From Eledone cirrhosa (lineage: Eukaryota): DNA of 64,000 nucleotides. Location of the stretch: assembly GCA_964016885.1 (NCBI GenBank), contig OZ024743.1:283030001-283094000 (forward strand), written 5' to 3'. The notes below the pieces were generated by a model. That model ran no database searches. It saw only the letters and a program-made list of their open reading frames with translations, and was not told the DNA's origin. Both the position numbers and the translations under genes were made by a program. Shown in pieces: positions 1-15,833 of this stretch (the first letter of the stretch is position 1; every line of letters begins with the position of its first letter).

Positions 1-57
1 TAATTTCCATTTATACCATTCGGTAAAGGTGCATCCTGTTAATAGCAATACTAATGT

Positions 58-250
58 CAGACCTGCCAACCTCTAAAAACCCAAACGGAAAGTACCATGA
101 AAAAAGTGCCCAAAACGGGGAGAAATGAGGCAAAATAGGAAGATTTTACATAATGAAAGCTATACCCATTTTTACAAAAGAAGACATCTCCCACCCACCC
201 CAAAGTGGGTGGAAGATCTCCCCGTCCGACGGGGAGAGTTGACATGTATG
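58..250. mobile_element. ~190 bp MITE (CAGACCTGCCAAC-type TIR family)
   Basis: Imperfect TIRs cagacctgccaac / gttgacatgtatg, flanked by taatgt on both sides. Homologous copies at 11280-11415, 13898-14093 and 21446-21620. Confidence 0.7.
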
Positions 251-1139
251 TAATGTGTATCTTGTGACTGCATTCTCTCACAGTTTCTGATAATCTTGAA
301 TATATGTATGTACATTTAACAAAATTTAACTAATTGCTTTTTTTTTTGTTATCTAAGAAAGGGAAATCTAGATCTATCTATCAAATCATAAATATTTCTT
401 TTAATGTTATAATAACATGGCTTTCTAACCTTGCTAAGGATATAGGATATATAACATAAAGATATTTTAACCCTTTCACTCTCACTCACGTTTTCGCTGT
501 TTGCCAGTCAAAGCAGCGTGATAAATACCCCATCCTTATACTCACTATCATTTTACATCTACTATCACTTGCTCATTCTATATTTGTCATTTAGCAGCCT
601 CGTACTTCAACATTATCTCCAGATGCCACCTCCCCTTCAAAGACAACATTGCAGATCAAAGCTCTATGTGTATGTCGAGGGAGTTCTGACTACTCCAATG
701 ATCATGAATTTATAAGTGTCACATGCAATTTATCTGTGAGACTGAAGAGCAAGAAAGTTTGCAGAATTACACCAAAAGACTGGGTTTTAGAAAGCTGACC
801 CCCCCCCCCCAAAAAAAAAAAAAAAAAAAACAACAAAACACAACAACTTGATATGCAACATGCATTTGCAGCAAATATAACGAACAATTTAAATATGCTA
901 CTTGACAATGCACCAGTCGACACTGCTCCAATCGATGCTTGCTGGGAATAGCCGCACGAGACAATCTATAGAACAGCTGCTGTCTCAATTGGCTTCCCCA
1001 GACAAGCATACTGATTAATTTGAGGAACATCATAGAGAGATACAGCAGCTGTTATCTGAGAAACGAAAATAGCATTTTAGTGAGCTACTAAACTAGCTCT
1101 GAAAAATTTCTGGCGATGATCTGGGACGTATCCAAAAGC

Positions 1140-1512
1140 TTTCGGAAAATGTCAGCTTGGATTTACCGCCATCTATGAAGAAGTTGAAAAGTATCAACTA
1201 CGAGACAAAACCAGGGGAAATTCCTGGTGTTGACAGCATTACCATGGAAATTTATAAGTACGGTGGAAAGAATTTCGTCATAGATTTCGCCAATTCTTCA
1301 GAGAATGTTAGCAATGTAGTAATTTCCCGGCAACAGTTCAAACGTGGCGACACCATTTACAAAGATGGTCACCATTTTTAAGCGTAAGGATAACTGACAG
1401 GACTGCGAAAATTACCGAGGAATTTTCCTTCTCTTAACTGCAAGGAAAATTTATCAAAATTATTGCACAGATGACTATAAAAAATATTCGAGCTCATTCT
1501 TCCTGAAAGCCA
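1140..1512 (+). pseudogene. RTE-clade LINE reverse transcriptase fragment
   Basis: Translation gives PGEIPGVDSITMEIYKYGG, then DCENYRGIFLL-like RT N-terminal motifs; frameshifted. Confidence 0.7.
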
Positions 1513-2159
1513 TGTTATCTTACTCTCTCACATCTCTTCGCCCACATCCTTAGTCTCTCTCTGTCTATCCCTTTCTTTCTCTCTCTCCCATTCACATCTA
1601 CATCTCTCTCTACACATACCATCACAAACCCACACAGTTTAACTCTTCAATCTTTTATACAATTCATCATCACACGAACATTTGCTTCATCAACTTGGGA
1701 GTATTCTTCAGTTAACCATGTGATTTCAACGAATTATCTGTAGTTTCAAATCAAACATTTGACGAAATTAATAACTCTAATTTAGACAAAGAGAAGCATT
1801 CATTTTTCTCTGTTACCCGCCAACATCACCTCCGTCAAAAAAACAAAACAAAACAAACTGGTATGGAATGAAATTTTACCGCGGACTTTTCCAATGTGCT
1901 AACCACATGTTCTTGGGTATAACTTAATTTACGTGAAATGACTTCAACTACACTTCAGCCAAATGATAATAATATCCTCCCGGTAACATATGAATCTCAC
2001 GTTGAATTTCATACATACATTTCTACATTCCTTTTTGTATTCTATACCCCGGTCACGGCTAACTACTAGCTCACCACTTTTTTGTCACATGCATTTATCA
2101 TCCTCTTCTTGTCACACACTCTGGTGTTTTTTTTTTTCTCTCTCTATGAGTCTATAGGA

Positions 2160-2625
2160 AAATTTATAGAAAAGCACCCGTGGGGTTCGCGTAGAAAATT
2201 TTCTTGTATGTTTTTTCGTGTGCTGTCAACTAATGTGACCTCTGACATGCTCGCAATCGACTTCTTTTTTTCGAAAATGGAATTGTGGTGGTGGTGGTGG
2301 GGGAAGTAGGGGGCAAACCTCGAATTTTCCCAGCATCCGAGTATACCTCGGTGGGAATTATTATTTCTGTGCTTTTTTTTTTCCGTCTGTTTCCGACCGA
2401 TCTGACATCCGACTCACTCGCAAACAAGTCCTTTTTCTGAAAACGGAGGTAGGCAGGGAGGCGGACCCTTGGAATTACAGATAAACACCTCTCAGTCGTT
2501 ACATTTATAGAAAAGCATCCACTGGGGATCGCAAAGAAATATTTTTTTCCAAGTCTTTTTCGTTTGTTTTCAACTAATCTGATCGACATACTTGCAATCG
2601 ACTTTTTTTCTGAAAACAGAATGAG
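2160..2625 (+). repeat. Dispersed repeat with about three internal sub-repeats
   Basis: Repeated units tttatagaaaagca...caactaat(g/c)tga...cgcaatcgactt; reverse-complement relatives at 55530-55905. Confidence 0.55.
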
Positions 2626-3842
2626 ATGGGTGTGTCGAGGAGGGTCGCACTTTAACTGACCAAATACGTCCATCATCACACATTGTTTGATTTAAATGTC
2701 AAAAATTTACTTATTTATTTATTTATTTATTCTGTCTTTGCTATGTAATTTCATGTAAGTTTTGTTTTGTAGTGGAACTACGTCGTACCCCGCAATAGCA
2801 ACATTTTCATATGCAATAACGTTAAACAGACCAATGGTAAATTGCATATGAACACATGGTCACTCTCTCTCAGGTAAAAACCACAGTACACGGGAGACAA
2901 GGAGATGAATACGGAAGTGTGAAGAATTATTACAGAATGACTCCTACTATATTCCTTTCGACAATAAAAATTATATTTATTGAGGATTGAGCGTTAAAGA
3001 GATATTTATTTATATCCTGGAAGTCAGAAGCATGTCACTGCAAGTATGAAGCAACCAACTCATCGACTAAGGTATTTCTCTTATCGTTTATAAAAAAAAC
3101 AAGATCCTTAGAAGATTTCAACTTGCAGTTATAAAAAGATATAGGTAATATTTAACTCCTCATCCTTTCTATTGTTTCATTTTGTTTTGTTTACTTGATC
3201 GTTCATGCCTGCTTTTTGTACTGTATTTCCCTCTCGTTCTTCGTCCTTTAAAACAGTGATTCTCAACGTGGACGTGATACTTTTTTTTTTAAATGGCCCT
3301 GGAGTTGATCCAAGGAAAATAGGTGGGCTTTGAAATTCTATTTTTCTCCACTGGTGTTAAATTAAGAAAACACAAAACTGCTTTACTTTATTTTTAAAGG
3401 CAAATATTTCAGAAATTATTTAAATAAAATTTTCAATATTTTCTTCTTATAATAAATTATATTTTCAAATTGATTTGAAACATTTCTTTTTGTTTTATTG
3501 TGTGGTGTTAGAAAGAGCGGTGTAGTCATTGGTCAGGATCTATATTTTCTACTACATAGTACTTAAATTTTGTAAATAAAATGTATTTCCTGTAACATGG
3601 AATTTCTATTTGTGCTTATGTGGGTCTGGTACACCAAAAAATGTGGACCTGAAGATTTTTTGACATCAAAAATGGGCCTGTACTGTCAATAAAGGAGGAA
3701 GCTGTGTCAATCCATTTCGACAAACGATCACCAAGGAATTGTTATCTTGTTCATGTTACCATTATTGTATTGTCTACGTACTATATCATCCATACCATAT
3801 ATTGCTGTGCTTGTGTCTGGTTTTTAATTGTATCTGCTACCG

Positions 3843-3875
<33 letters not shown>

Positions 3876-4489
3876 AACAACAGAAGGCCGGACTGGAAAA
3901 ATCCTTTAAAGTTTTAATGCTGCAAAAAACACTATACGTATTTCAATGGCCAAGTTACATCATCTGATCATGACACAAGACCTTGGAGACATCGTCAGGT
4001 TCGGATTACATATTTAGTTAATCAATAAAAGGAATTACGGCAAACACAAACAGAGAATATACTTGATCCAGAGACGGCTCGTGAAATTTGGTGTTATTGT
4101 TCCCCTGAACCATCTCTGAATAACACACTCGCCAATGCTAAGTATTGTGGGTTTGGTTGGCGCAACTAAGGATGGTGGTGAAAGAAATGGTGGTGAAAGA
4201 AATTCTGCTCTTTATAGATAAAGCCACGCTGTTAATAAAAAAAACAAGCGGCCTGCTGCTACAAAGTTTAGGGGTACTAAACTCTGTGGCATTAGAACCT
4301 GGTCGTGACGGTGAAGAAAATTAAAGGAGAATAGTGCTATAAAATTATAAAAATCATAATGTAGGGTTGAATGTCAAGTTAAATAAATTATGAAAAATGA
4401 ATTACGAAAAATACATGAGAAAATATAAATTAAGAAGAAATATAAATATAAATATTATAAACTAATTATAACATATTATAAACTAATTA

Positions 4490-4676
4490 TAATTGTTTCT
4501 ACTTTTTGGCACAAGGCCAGCAATTATTCCAGTGTATTACTGGTACTTTATTTTATCGACCCCGTAAGGATGAAAGGCAAAGTTAACTCGGCGGGATTTG
4601 AACTCAGTCCGTAAAGGGAACTAACTCTTCGCTGCAAAGCATGGCGTCCGACCCTCTACCGATACTGCCAATCCAC
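4490..4676 (-). mobile_element. tRNA-derived SINE with Nin/Deu-like core
   Basis: Minus strand has A-box-like tggcagtatcgg, B-box gttcaaatcc and core ctttgcctttcatccttacggggtcgataaaataaagtaccag; many copies in the window. Confidence 0.85.
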
Positions 4677-4999
4677 TAATTATAATGTTAATGGAAATGA
4701 TTCATTAAAGGTAATTAATTAAAGGGTAAGTAATCTAGTTCACATTTATATGTGAATGTTTGTATTGTTGAAAAAAGGACATGTGAGACTGACGTAATAA
4801 ATTTCCTGATCCCTGCAAGGTCCAAAACTGATATATCGAATACATTCAAATACTGAAGAAGGGGAAATTAATTAATTAATTCCAAGCACCCAAGGGATGG
4901 AAACAAAATTTGGGATTATACGAGTAACTCGGAGAGCCATCATATGGTCAGTCCGTGGTGTCGCGCATACCAGATAGTGCGAATTATAGTAATGTTAAC

Positions 5000-7060
<2,061 letters not shown>

Positions 7061-9232
7061 CAAAGTGGTGTAAACAACAAATTCGGTTTTAGGACTTGTA
7101 AAAACCCACCCACCAACCCACTATTAGATGCATTTGAGCAGGACCTTATGAACTTAATCCTTAAAATTAAATTCAAAGGACGCAACACCAACAGCAAATT
7201 ACAGAAAGATATAAAAAAACTACTGGACGACCTTAAAAACACCAAAGGAATTGTAGTAAAAGCGGACAAAACATCAAACCTGTACACTATGGATTGCACT
7301 ACATACAACAACTTCATTCGAAAAGAATTACATAAAAAATATAGAAAAACGAGTGAAATAACCCTTAAGCACATCAATGATGAGGCATGCGAAATAGTGA
7401 AAAATCTCGGAATCGAAGATAGGACAGGACCACTCTTACCGGCGGTACCCACCTTCAATCTTAAGGACCACAAGGTAAACTTTGATAATGACCCTAAAAT
7501 AAGATTAATCTGCCCCTCTAAATCAGATATAGGTAAAATAAGCAAATATATCTTAGATAGAATCATCCCCCAAATTAAGGCTAAGGTTAACATTAAACTC
7601 TGGGGGAAGACCCAAGAAGCAATAAGATGGTTTAATAGCATTAACAATAAGAATAAATCTAAGTTTATCCAGTTTGATATCGATGAATATTACTCATCGA
7701 TATCACCTGAAACTTTGAATAGAGCCATTAAGTTTGCTAAGGATAACTCTGACCTTACAAACGATGAAATTAAGATTATATTAGAAGCTAAAGCTAGGAA
7801 AACTATAGTCAAATTTGAGAACAGTTATTGGGTACGTAAAGATAGACCCTCTAACTTTGACATAACAATGGGCTCTAACGATTCGGCGGAAATAACTGAT
7901 ATTGTGGGGTTATTTATCGCCTTTAGACTCCAGGAAAAATTCAGCAATCTCCACGGCGGAATATACCGCGACGATGTTCTCCTCCTAGCTAAAAACCTTA
8001 ATAACCAAAAACTAGAAAAACTACGCAAAGATATAAGAAAACTACTACTCGAAATAGGACTAACTATAACATATGAATACAACCTTAAAGTAGTTAACTT
8101 CCTGGATGTCACACTCAATTTAAACTCTGGTTTGATTAAACCGTTTCATAAATTGAATGAAAATCTCAAATACGTAAATGTTGGGTCTAACCACCCCATC
8201 TCTATAATTAAATCTATCCCTAAAAATATTTCCCTTAGAATCTCGGGTCTATCTTCTAACATACAAGTATTTAAGGAACACGCCGAGTACTACGATAACG
8301 CCCTTAGTAAAGCAGGCCACCTCAACAAAATAGAGTACATAGATGGGAACAATCAAAACACCCAAAATAAATCCCACATAGGTAGATATAATAACACAAC
8401 ACCAAACCACACTTACTACCATAGTATGCACACCAGTAAACCAACAAACAAAACTAATAGAAAGCGATGCAAAGAGTACTTATGGTATAACCCCGAATAC
8501 AATAGCTCCATTAGTACAAATTTACCAGTACTCTTCTTTAAAATAATTAAAAGACATTTTCCCACATCACACAAATACCACAAAATCCTAAACCCTACCA
8601 CTATAAGACTGTCATACTCTACAGCGTTAAACCTTGAACAACACATAAAAAAGATCAATACTAGAAGGTTAAACGAAAACACTAAGAACTTAAGTACAAA
8701 GAACCCCCAAAAAACAGTAGACAATACACTACAGAACATAAATAAACCACACCTAAGTTCGTCCGCAATACTACTCCAGAGAAAACCCAACGTACACAAC
8801 TGTAACTGCACCTATCCTGACAACTGCCCCCTCGGCAATAACTGCCTGGAAAAAAATATTATTTATAAGTGTACCATTAAATCCGGAGGCAACGAGTGGT
8901 ACTACGTGGGATCAACGGCAACATCGTTTAAATCTCGATTGTATAGGCATTCTTACTCAATAAAACACCAGAGCCAAAGAAATGTAACAACTTTAGCAGA
9001 AAAAGCTTGGACGCTCAGGGATAGCAATCAAAAGTTTACCCTAAAATGGGAAAAATTAGCTAAAACCCAAAGCTTTTCCAGGAGCCAAAATTTCTGCAAA
9101 TTGTGTAATCTTGAGATTTATTACATAATCACACACAAGAAGAAACTGCTGAATAACAGAATTGAACGAACATTATTCTGCCGTCACAGAACTAAAACCC
9201 TTTTTTCCCACTACAAGCCGAATATTACATAA
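7061..9232 (+). CDS. Penelope-like element ORF (RT plus C-terminal GIY-YIG endonuclease), probably 5'-truncated, Hydra-clade-like
   Basis: Open frame with FIQFDI, DITMGS and GIYRDD RT motifs, LWYNP, a CNCTYPDNC (CxCx5C) linker, IIY...YVG...R...H GIY-YIG, CKLC and CRH. Begins abruptly at the (TA)n tract; first in-frame ATG near 7148. Confidence 0.92.
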   Translation, partial: QSGVNNKFGFRTCKNPPTNPLLDAFEQDLMNLILKIKFKGRNTNSKLQKDIKKLLDDLKNTKGIVVKADKTSNLYTMDCTTYNNFIRKELHKKYRKTSEITLKHINDEACEIVKNLGIEDRTGPLLPAVPTFNLKDHKVNFDNDPKIRLICPSKSDIGKISKYILDRIIPQIKAKVNIKLWGKTQEAIRWFNSINNKNKSKFIQFDIDEYYSSISPETLNRAIKFAKDNSDLTNDEIKIILEAKARKTIVKFENSYWVRKDRPSNFDITMGSNDSAEITDIVGLFIAFRLQEKFSNLHGGIYRDDVLLLAKNLNNQKLEKLRKDIRKLLLEIGLTITYEYNLKVVNFLDVTLNLNSGLIKPFHKLNENLKYVNVGSNHPISIIKSIPKNISLRISGLSSNIQVFKEHAEYYDNALSKAGHLNKIEYIDGNNQNTQNKSHIGRYNNTTPNHTYYHSMHTSKPTNKTNRKRCKEYLWYNPEYNSSISTNLPVLFFKIIKRHFPTSHKYHKILNPTTIRLSYSTALNLEQHIKKINTRRLNENTKNLSTKNPQKTVDNTLQNINKPHLSSSAILLQRKPNVHNCNCTYPDNCPLGNNCLEKNIIYKCTIKSGGNEWYYVGSTATSFKSRLYRHSYSIKHQSQRNVTTLAEKAWTLRDSNQKFTLKWEKLAKTQSFSRSQNFCKLCNLEIYYIITHKKKLLNNRIERTLFCRHRTKTLFSHYKPNIT

Positions 9233-9501
9233 AAGAGGGACATCCCCCAACTATATAAACCTTAATCTAGTTATAAAAATATAAAAACAATCTCTTCTCA
9301 ACATATATTAATAACCTTAAATTACCATACTAATAATGAAAAGATATGCTGATGAGAATAGGTACAAATATGCGATAATGAATGTGTCTAAAAACGTCCA
9401 TAAGTATGTATATATATGTGAAAATGTATATAAATAAGTAAATATAGATATATGTTTGATGTGTATAGTTAGATGTAAGTGTATTCATGTATTAAAGTGC
9501 T

Positions 9502-9532
<31 letters not shown>

Positions 9533-9555
9533 ATGTGTATATGTGTGTATGTGTG

Positions 9556-9606
<51 letters not shown>

Positions 9607-10198
9607 ATATATATATATATATATATGTGTATGTATGTATGTGTATATGGATGTGTATGTATGTGTATGTGTGTACACATGGACTAGAGTATGTATGTAT
9701 ATATGTGTGTGTCTATACGTGTGTATATATAAAGATAAGTTGAGTATGAAAATGTATACACATGAGCGCGTATGTATGTACATGAATACATGTGTGTATA
9801 TATATGTGTATGCATGTGTATATATATGTAAGTATGAATATGTGAATTGTGAGTATATGTATTTGGTAGAGGTGTGCAAATATATTTGTGTGTGAATGCG
9901 TGGGTGAAAGAATACGTACACTTGAAAGAAAAATTTAAGTCTGAATGTTAAGTGCAAACACAAAACCAACCACGCATATCTTTACTATCTCTAATCCTTC
10001 TATAGATTTAGAAAAATAACCAATAATATATTCCATAAAAAAAAAAAAAATGTCAAAACAACAGATGGGAATCTAATTACTCACTGCCACCAAGAATTCT
10101 CACTGCTATCGAAAAACCACTCCTTCAACTATTCTTCTAACAACTTCACCCCTCCCTCCTAATATTCTCTATAAAAACTAAATAGGTCCTCAGTAATA

Positions 10199-10315
10199 TT
10201 ATTCTGATGAAATGACAGTAAATAATAACATTGAAATATTGAATGTCTGCATAACTAAAAGTTTGTAGATAGCTGTTTTAGGTTATGTAACTGTTATAGA
10301 AACACGTGTCAATAA
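10199..10315 (+). ncRNA. Type I hammerhead ribozyme with long stem II
   Basis: ttatt-CTGATGA-aatgacag...ctgttata-GAAA-cacgtg-TC-aataa. Confidence 0.78.
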
Positions 10316-10352
10316 ATTCCTTTCAACTAAACTGTATCCATTCAAATCTTTC

Positions 10353-11279
<927 letters not shown>

Positions 11280-11415
11280 CAGACCTGCCAACTCTCCCCG
11301 TCTCTATGAAAATGGGTATAGCTTTCATTATGTAAAATCTCCCCATTTTGTCTAATTTCTCCCCATACTGGGGCACTTTTCTCAGGGTACTCCCCGTTTG
11401 GGTTTTTAGAGGTTG
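11280..11415. mobile_element. Internally deleted copy of the CAGACCTGCCAAC MITE
   Basis: Reverse-complement homology to 58-250. Confidence 0.65.
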
Positions 11416-11579
11416 ACCTGATTTCAAAATATCTACACTGTGAGTGTGTTTGTGTATTAGCAGATGATGGTAAGAATTGGTGAGACGAAAGAAAATAGCT
11501 TCTGTTATTTCATTCCATCTTAGTTATGTCCTTTTTGCTCAGTTCTACTTTGCTTTTCTATTTTCGAGGTCAAAGACAT

Positions 11580-11787
11580 AGTACTGGTACTTTATTTCAT
11601 TGACCCTGTAAGTATGAAAATCAAAGCTAACGGCGGGATTTGAACTCAGAACGTAAAAGGGTTATAACTCTATGTCGCAAATCATGTTATCCGACACTAC
11701 CGATACTGACAATTCACCGCCATTGTTGTCTACATAATTGTTTCTACTTTAGGCACAAGGCCAGCAATTACCCAGTGCATTACTGGC
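11580..11787 (-). mobile_element. Nin-domain SINE plus a partial tail of a second copy
   Basis: Homology to the SINE at 4490. Confidence 0.75.
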
Positions 11788-12208
11788 TCTACATAATGAT
11801 ATATAAAATACATTTCTGGATTTATTCGTCAGGGCAAACTGGTATCGTGAGCTAATTCCTGATGTCTCAGTTATGTCGCTAATGCAATTGAGAAAATCTC
11901 ATGTGATACACATGAGACTAAAATATGTATGTTATTTGCTTTCCGTTACTTGAGGCGTTTTCTACCAAACCCCAATAATGGGACGTATATTTAAAAAAAA
12001 AACACAGTATTTTCTTCCTTCTTTTATTTTTTAAAAACAACCACTCTGTGTTATATTTCTATGCCAAAACACGAATATTATGCTTCCATACAAATTGTAT
12101 TGTGCTTAAATATGAAATCATATGCGCCTAAAAATCAAAATAGATAATATATCTATCGTATCCTTCCTTGACACCACAAGCTCTCTTATTTCAATTGACA
12201 TAGTTTTT

Positions 12209-12301
<93 letters not shown>

Positions 12302-13159
12302 CAAGATTAAACACTGAAATTGGCACCAACTGACCTGATTTCAAAATGACCTGACAAAACCGGCAACTCTGCTAAATAGTTCCCACATTCGTGTAATAAT
12401 TTTGAATCGTTGCATGCAAAAGGTCATTCGTCAAGTCTGATCCTCTTTGTTTCAGTTCCATTTATTACAATTTCAAATTATCACGTAACAGGATGGTTTT
12501 TGTTGTCTTTTTTGTTGTTTATCATATTCAATTTATTTTTATGTTTAAAAAATACTTACGAACCCGGACAAAAATGGCCTCAGTTGCTCCGTTAGAATCT
12601 ATCCGAAGAATTCTAATGCCTAATAATCTTTGATACTAATGGAAGACGGAAACTCAAATCACTAAACCAAAGGTCTTTCAATATTTAGTTCCCTTTTCAA
12701 ACACAATTAGTTCAAATCTCATCGGAGTAAACTTTGCCTTTCTAAAATAAGTACCTTTTTGTTGCAAGCATGAGGGCTGGCGCGTGCCGTAGAACAAAAT
12801 GTAAATTCCTGGCGAGTCTACAGCACAACAGATTTCTTGCAACTTCACTTCACACTCAGAGATAATTATCTACTACCAACCAATTACTGGGTCGATATAG
12901 TGTGGTTTTGTGCTTGTCTAAGAACTTGTTTCATATACATCGGAGTTGACTTTGTTTTTCACAATTCCGATGCCAATAAAATAAAGAACCAGTGAAATAC
13001 TGGAATCAATTAACTGAAAATCTGTGACTTTGCACTAAAGTTAGAAATTAGAGCGTTGCACAAATTAGTTGCACAAATTGCTTTTCAGTAGTTGTGGCGG
13101 CTTTTTACGTTCTGAGTTCAAATCCGGCCGAAGTCAACTTTTCTCCTTACACATTAATA

Positions 13160-13385
13160 CTCTTCCTGCTATACATCAATGACCTACATACAGTCACGTT
13201 CAACAACTCCAATTTTTATACAGATAAAACCTCCTTCATTCTTCCCTAACCTTCCCCAACTCAACTATCGTCCACATGCAGCTTAGACATCTCACGCTAA
13301 ATCATCTGCACTGACTAGAAACCCCGAAAGCATCTTCTAGTGAGGTCATACCAATCTTGTCTCTTTCAACAGGAAAACATACACA
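13160..13385 (+). pseudogene. CR1/Jockey-type LINE RT fragment
   Basis: LFLLYINDL...FYTDKT, a degenerate FADD region. Confidence 0.55.
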
Positions 13386-13412
13386 TACAGATAGACAGAC
13401 AGACAGACCCTC

Positions 13413-13505
<93 letters not shown>

Positions 13506-13644
13506 GCACCTCGCCCCACTTAAATATGAGCAAAACGTAACTAGGACGCTCACAATCACTCCAAATGTAAACCTCCTCATCAGTGAGGATCTCTTCTGAT
13601 GAATATGCATCCTTAACATAGCTATGACTGCATCTCAAAATCAT

Positions 13645-13895
13645 CATCATCAGGTGGCAGATCTGTTCCAGACGTCGACGATCATGGCTCTTCAGTCCTT
13701 CCTGTTGTCAGTGTTCCGGATAAGGTCGCTCTTTCTCGTTTTATCTTCGTTGACGTATTTGTTCAGACTGTCTGTAAATGTTGTTCTTTGTCTTCCTTGT
13801 CTTTTCTTTCCAGCGATCTTGCCACAAAGAATCAGCTTCTGCAAACCACCTCTTCTGTTTACGTAGCCAAATAATTCCAATTGCCTCTTTCCTAT
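13645..13895 (-). pseudogene. RTE-clade LINE 3' fragment
   Basis: RQLELFGYVNRRGGLQKLILCGKIAGKKRQGRQR, typical of the RTE ORF C-terminus; (tga)n tail. Confidence 0.7.
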
Positions 13896-13897
13896 AG

Positions 13898-14093
13898 CAG
13901 GCCTACCAACCTCTAAAAACCCATACGGGGTGTACCATGGAAAAAAAGGGCCCCAAAGCGGAGAGAAATGAGGCAAAATTGGAAGATTTTACATAATGAA
14001 AACTATACCCATTTTCACAAGAGAAGACATCTCTCACCCACCCCAAAGTGGGTGGGAGATCTTCCCGTTGGATGGGGAGAGTTGACAGGTCTG
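13898..14093. mobile_element. CAGACCTGCCAAC-family MITE
   Basis: TIRs caggcctaccaac / gttgacaggtctg; internal homology to 58-250. Confidence 0.75.
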
Positions 14094-14912
14094 ACTCTCT
14101 ACAGTATATGTTACACTTCTACTTTCCACGGTATGCTAAATACCTACCCTTTATAAAAAAATTCCATATTAATCAATGTAATCGGTATGTACAATTATAA
14201 TCTTAAACTTTGACTTCTCCCTCTAAGTATGAAACAAGAGATTTAAGTCCGAATTCCAAATTGTGAGTGTGAGTGTGAGTATATGTGTGTGAGTATATGT
14301 GTGTGAGTATATGTGTGTGAGTATATGTGTTTCAAACTTATCAGTCTTAACCCCAAATTGAATCCAGTCACTTAACTATGAAGTTAGCATTTTTAGATAA
14401 TAGATACTTGTTTTTACTTTAGGCACAAGGCCAGCAATTACCCAGTACATTACTGAATATAATTGTATATAACTGTTGAAGAGTCTTTTCAAATGGTTTG
14501 TTACATTTGTTGTTTTCAGTTTTGTATTTTTTCTTATCTTATTTTTTCAACTGCTTACTTTTAGTTAAATGTCTTTTTCTTACTATACGAACATAGGTCA
14601 GATTATAATCGCTACTACCAATATTACTATCAGCACAACTATCACCCTCATCAACATGACTAGTACTACTTACTGTATCATCATCATCATCATCATCATT
14701 AATTGAACTGTTTGTCTTCATTGTCAGTGTAGGTTAAATGGACCTACAAATACAGTAGATTAGCATCTCATCTTTATGGCTTAATCATCAGCAGTCCACA
14801 CTATCGTATTTTTAACCCAGTGTCAAGTCTTGTTGAGCTAGGCTCAGCTTTCAGCCATCACCCATCCAACTATGTGACGAAAAGAGATTCTCTAATACAT
14901 ATACACATCCAC

Positions 14913-14968
<56 letters not shown>

Positions 14969-15080
14969 ACAGTAACACATATGTACATCCACATTTATTT
15001 CTCTTTAAAGACAATAAAATCTGCACACATTACGATCTCACCCACTCATTTGCAGTCACAAACATTTCTCAAACACTCAT

Positions 15081-15142
<62 letters not shown>

Positions 15143-15189
15143 ACACACACACACACACACACACATACATACATACATACATACATACA

Positions 15190-15615
15190 TGGTGGCTGCC
15201 AACTCGTTTTCGAGTACGGCCACTACTTTATATCCATGTAGGAGAACCCCTACCGAACCCCTACGAGTGTGACTTTTTAGTCCAGCCATTGACTTGAAAA
15301 CTCTGGTACAAACACTACACCTGTGACAATTATTGACACATAGTGCTGGGCCCATGGTACCACGTGACGACAAGTAAAGGGAGATCTCCAGATATAAAGC
15401 AATGCCTGTGCCGTGAAGCTTTTATAGTGAGCAAAGGCACTGCACAAAGCCAGTCCCACTCTCTTAACCATGATGATATTTACCAAAAAGAAGAACAAGT
15501 CAACATCATTGGATACTATCAGGGTTGCAGGTGTTATATCAGAGTTTTCCTTCTCCTAGAATTCTGCCTTGACAAAGGCTAAGGGGTCATCTCTCCCGGT
15601 GGTTTTGGATGGCCA
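15190..15615 (-). pseudogene. Decayed RTE-like LINE 3' end with C2H2 finger
   Basis: CSVCTRVFKSMAGLKSHTR, similar to the element at 17590-18680. Confidence 0.55.
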
Positions 15616-15802
15616 TACATGTGTATATACATACATGTATATATACATACATGTATATATACATACATGTATATATATACATACATACATGCATGTATAC
15701 ATGCATACATGTATACATGATGGCTGCCCCCTCGTTATCGAGTATGGCCATTGCACGAGGAGGAAAAAAAAAATATATATTAATAAAACATAAAAGAAAA
15801 CA

Positions 15803-15833
<31 letters not shown>

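Larger units (their letters stand above)
7061..10352 (+). mobile_element. Penelope-like retroelement between two (TA)n tracts
   Basis: ORF plus a 3' region ending in a hammerhead motif; both ends abut (TA)n. Confidence 0.8.

Noticed and set aside
4850-4915. CTGAAGA...GAAA possible hammerhead
   Set aside because: No UH cleavage site or stem I pairing found.
9345-9400. CTGATGA in the Penelope 3' region
   Set aside because: No matching stem II, GAAA or stem III.
14539-14721. Short acidic/basic ORF as a host exon
   Set aside because: Low complexity, an in-frame stop after the nearest acceptor-like site, and no recognisable domain.
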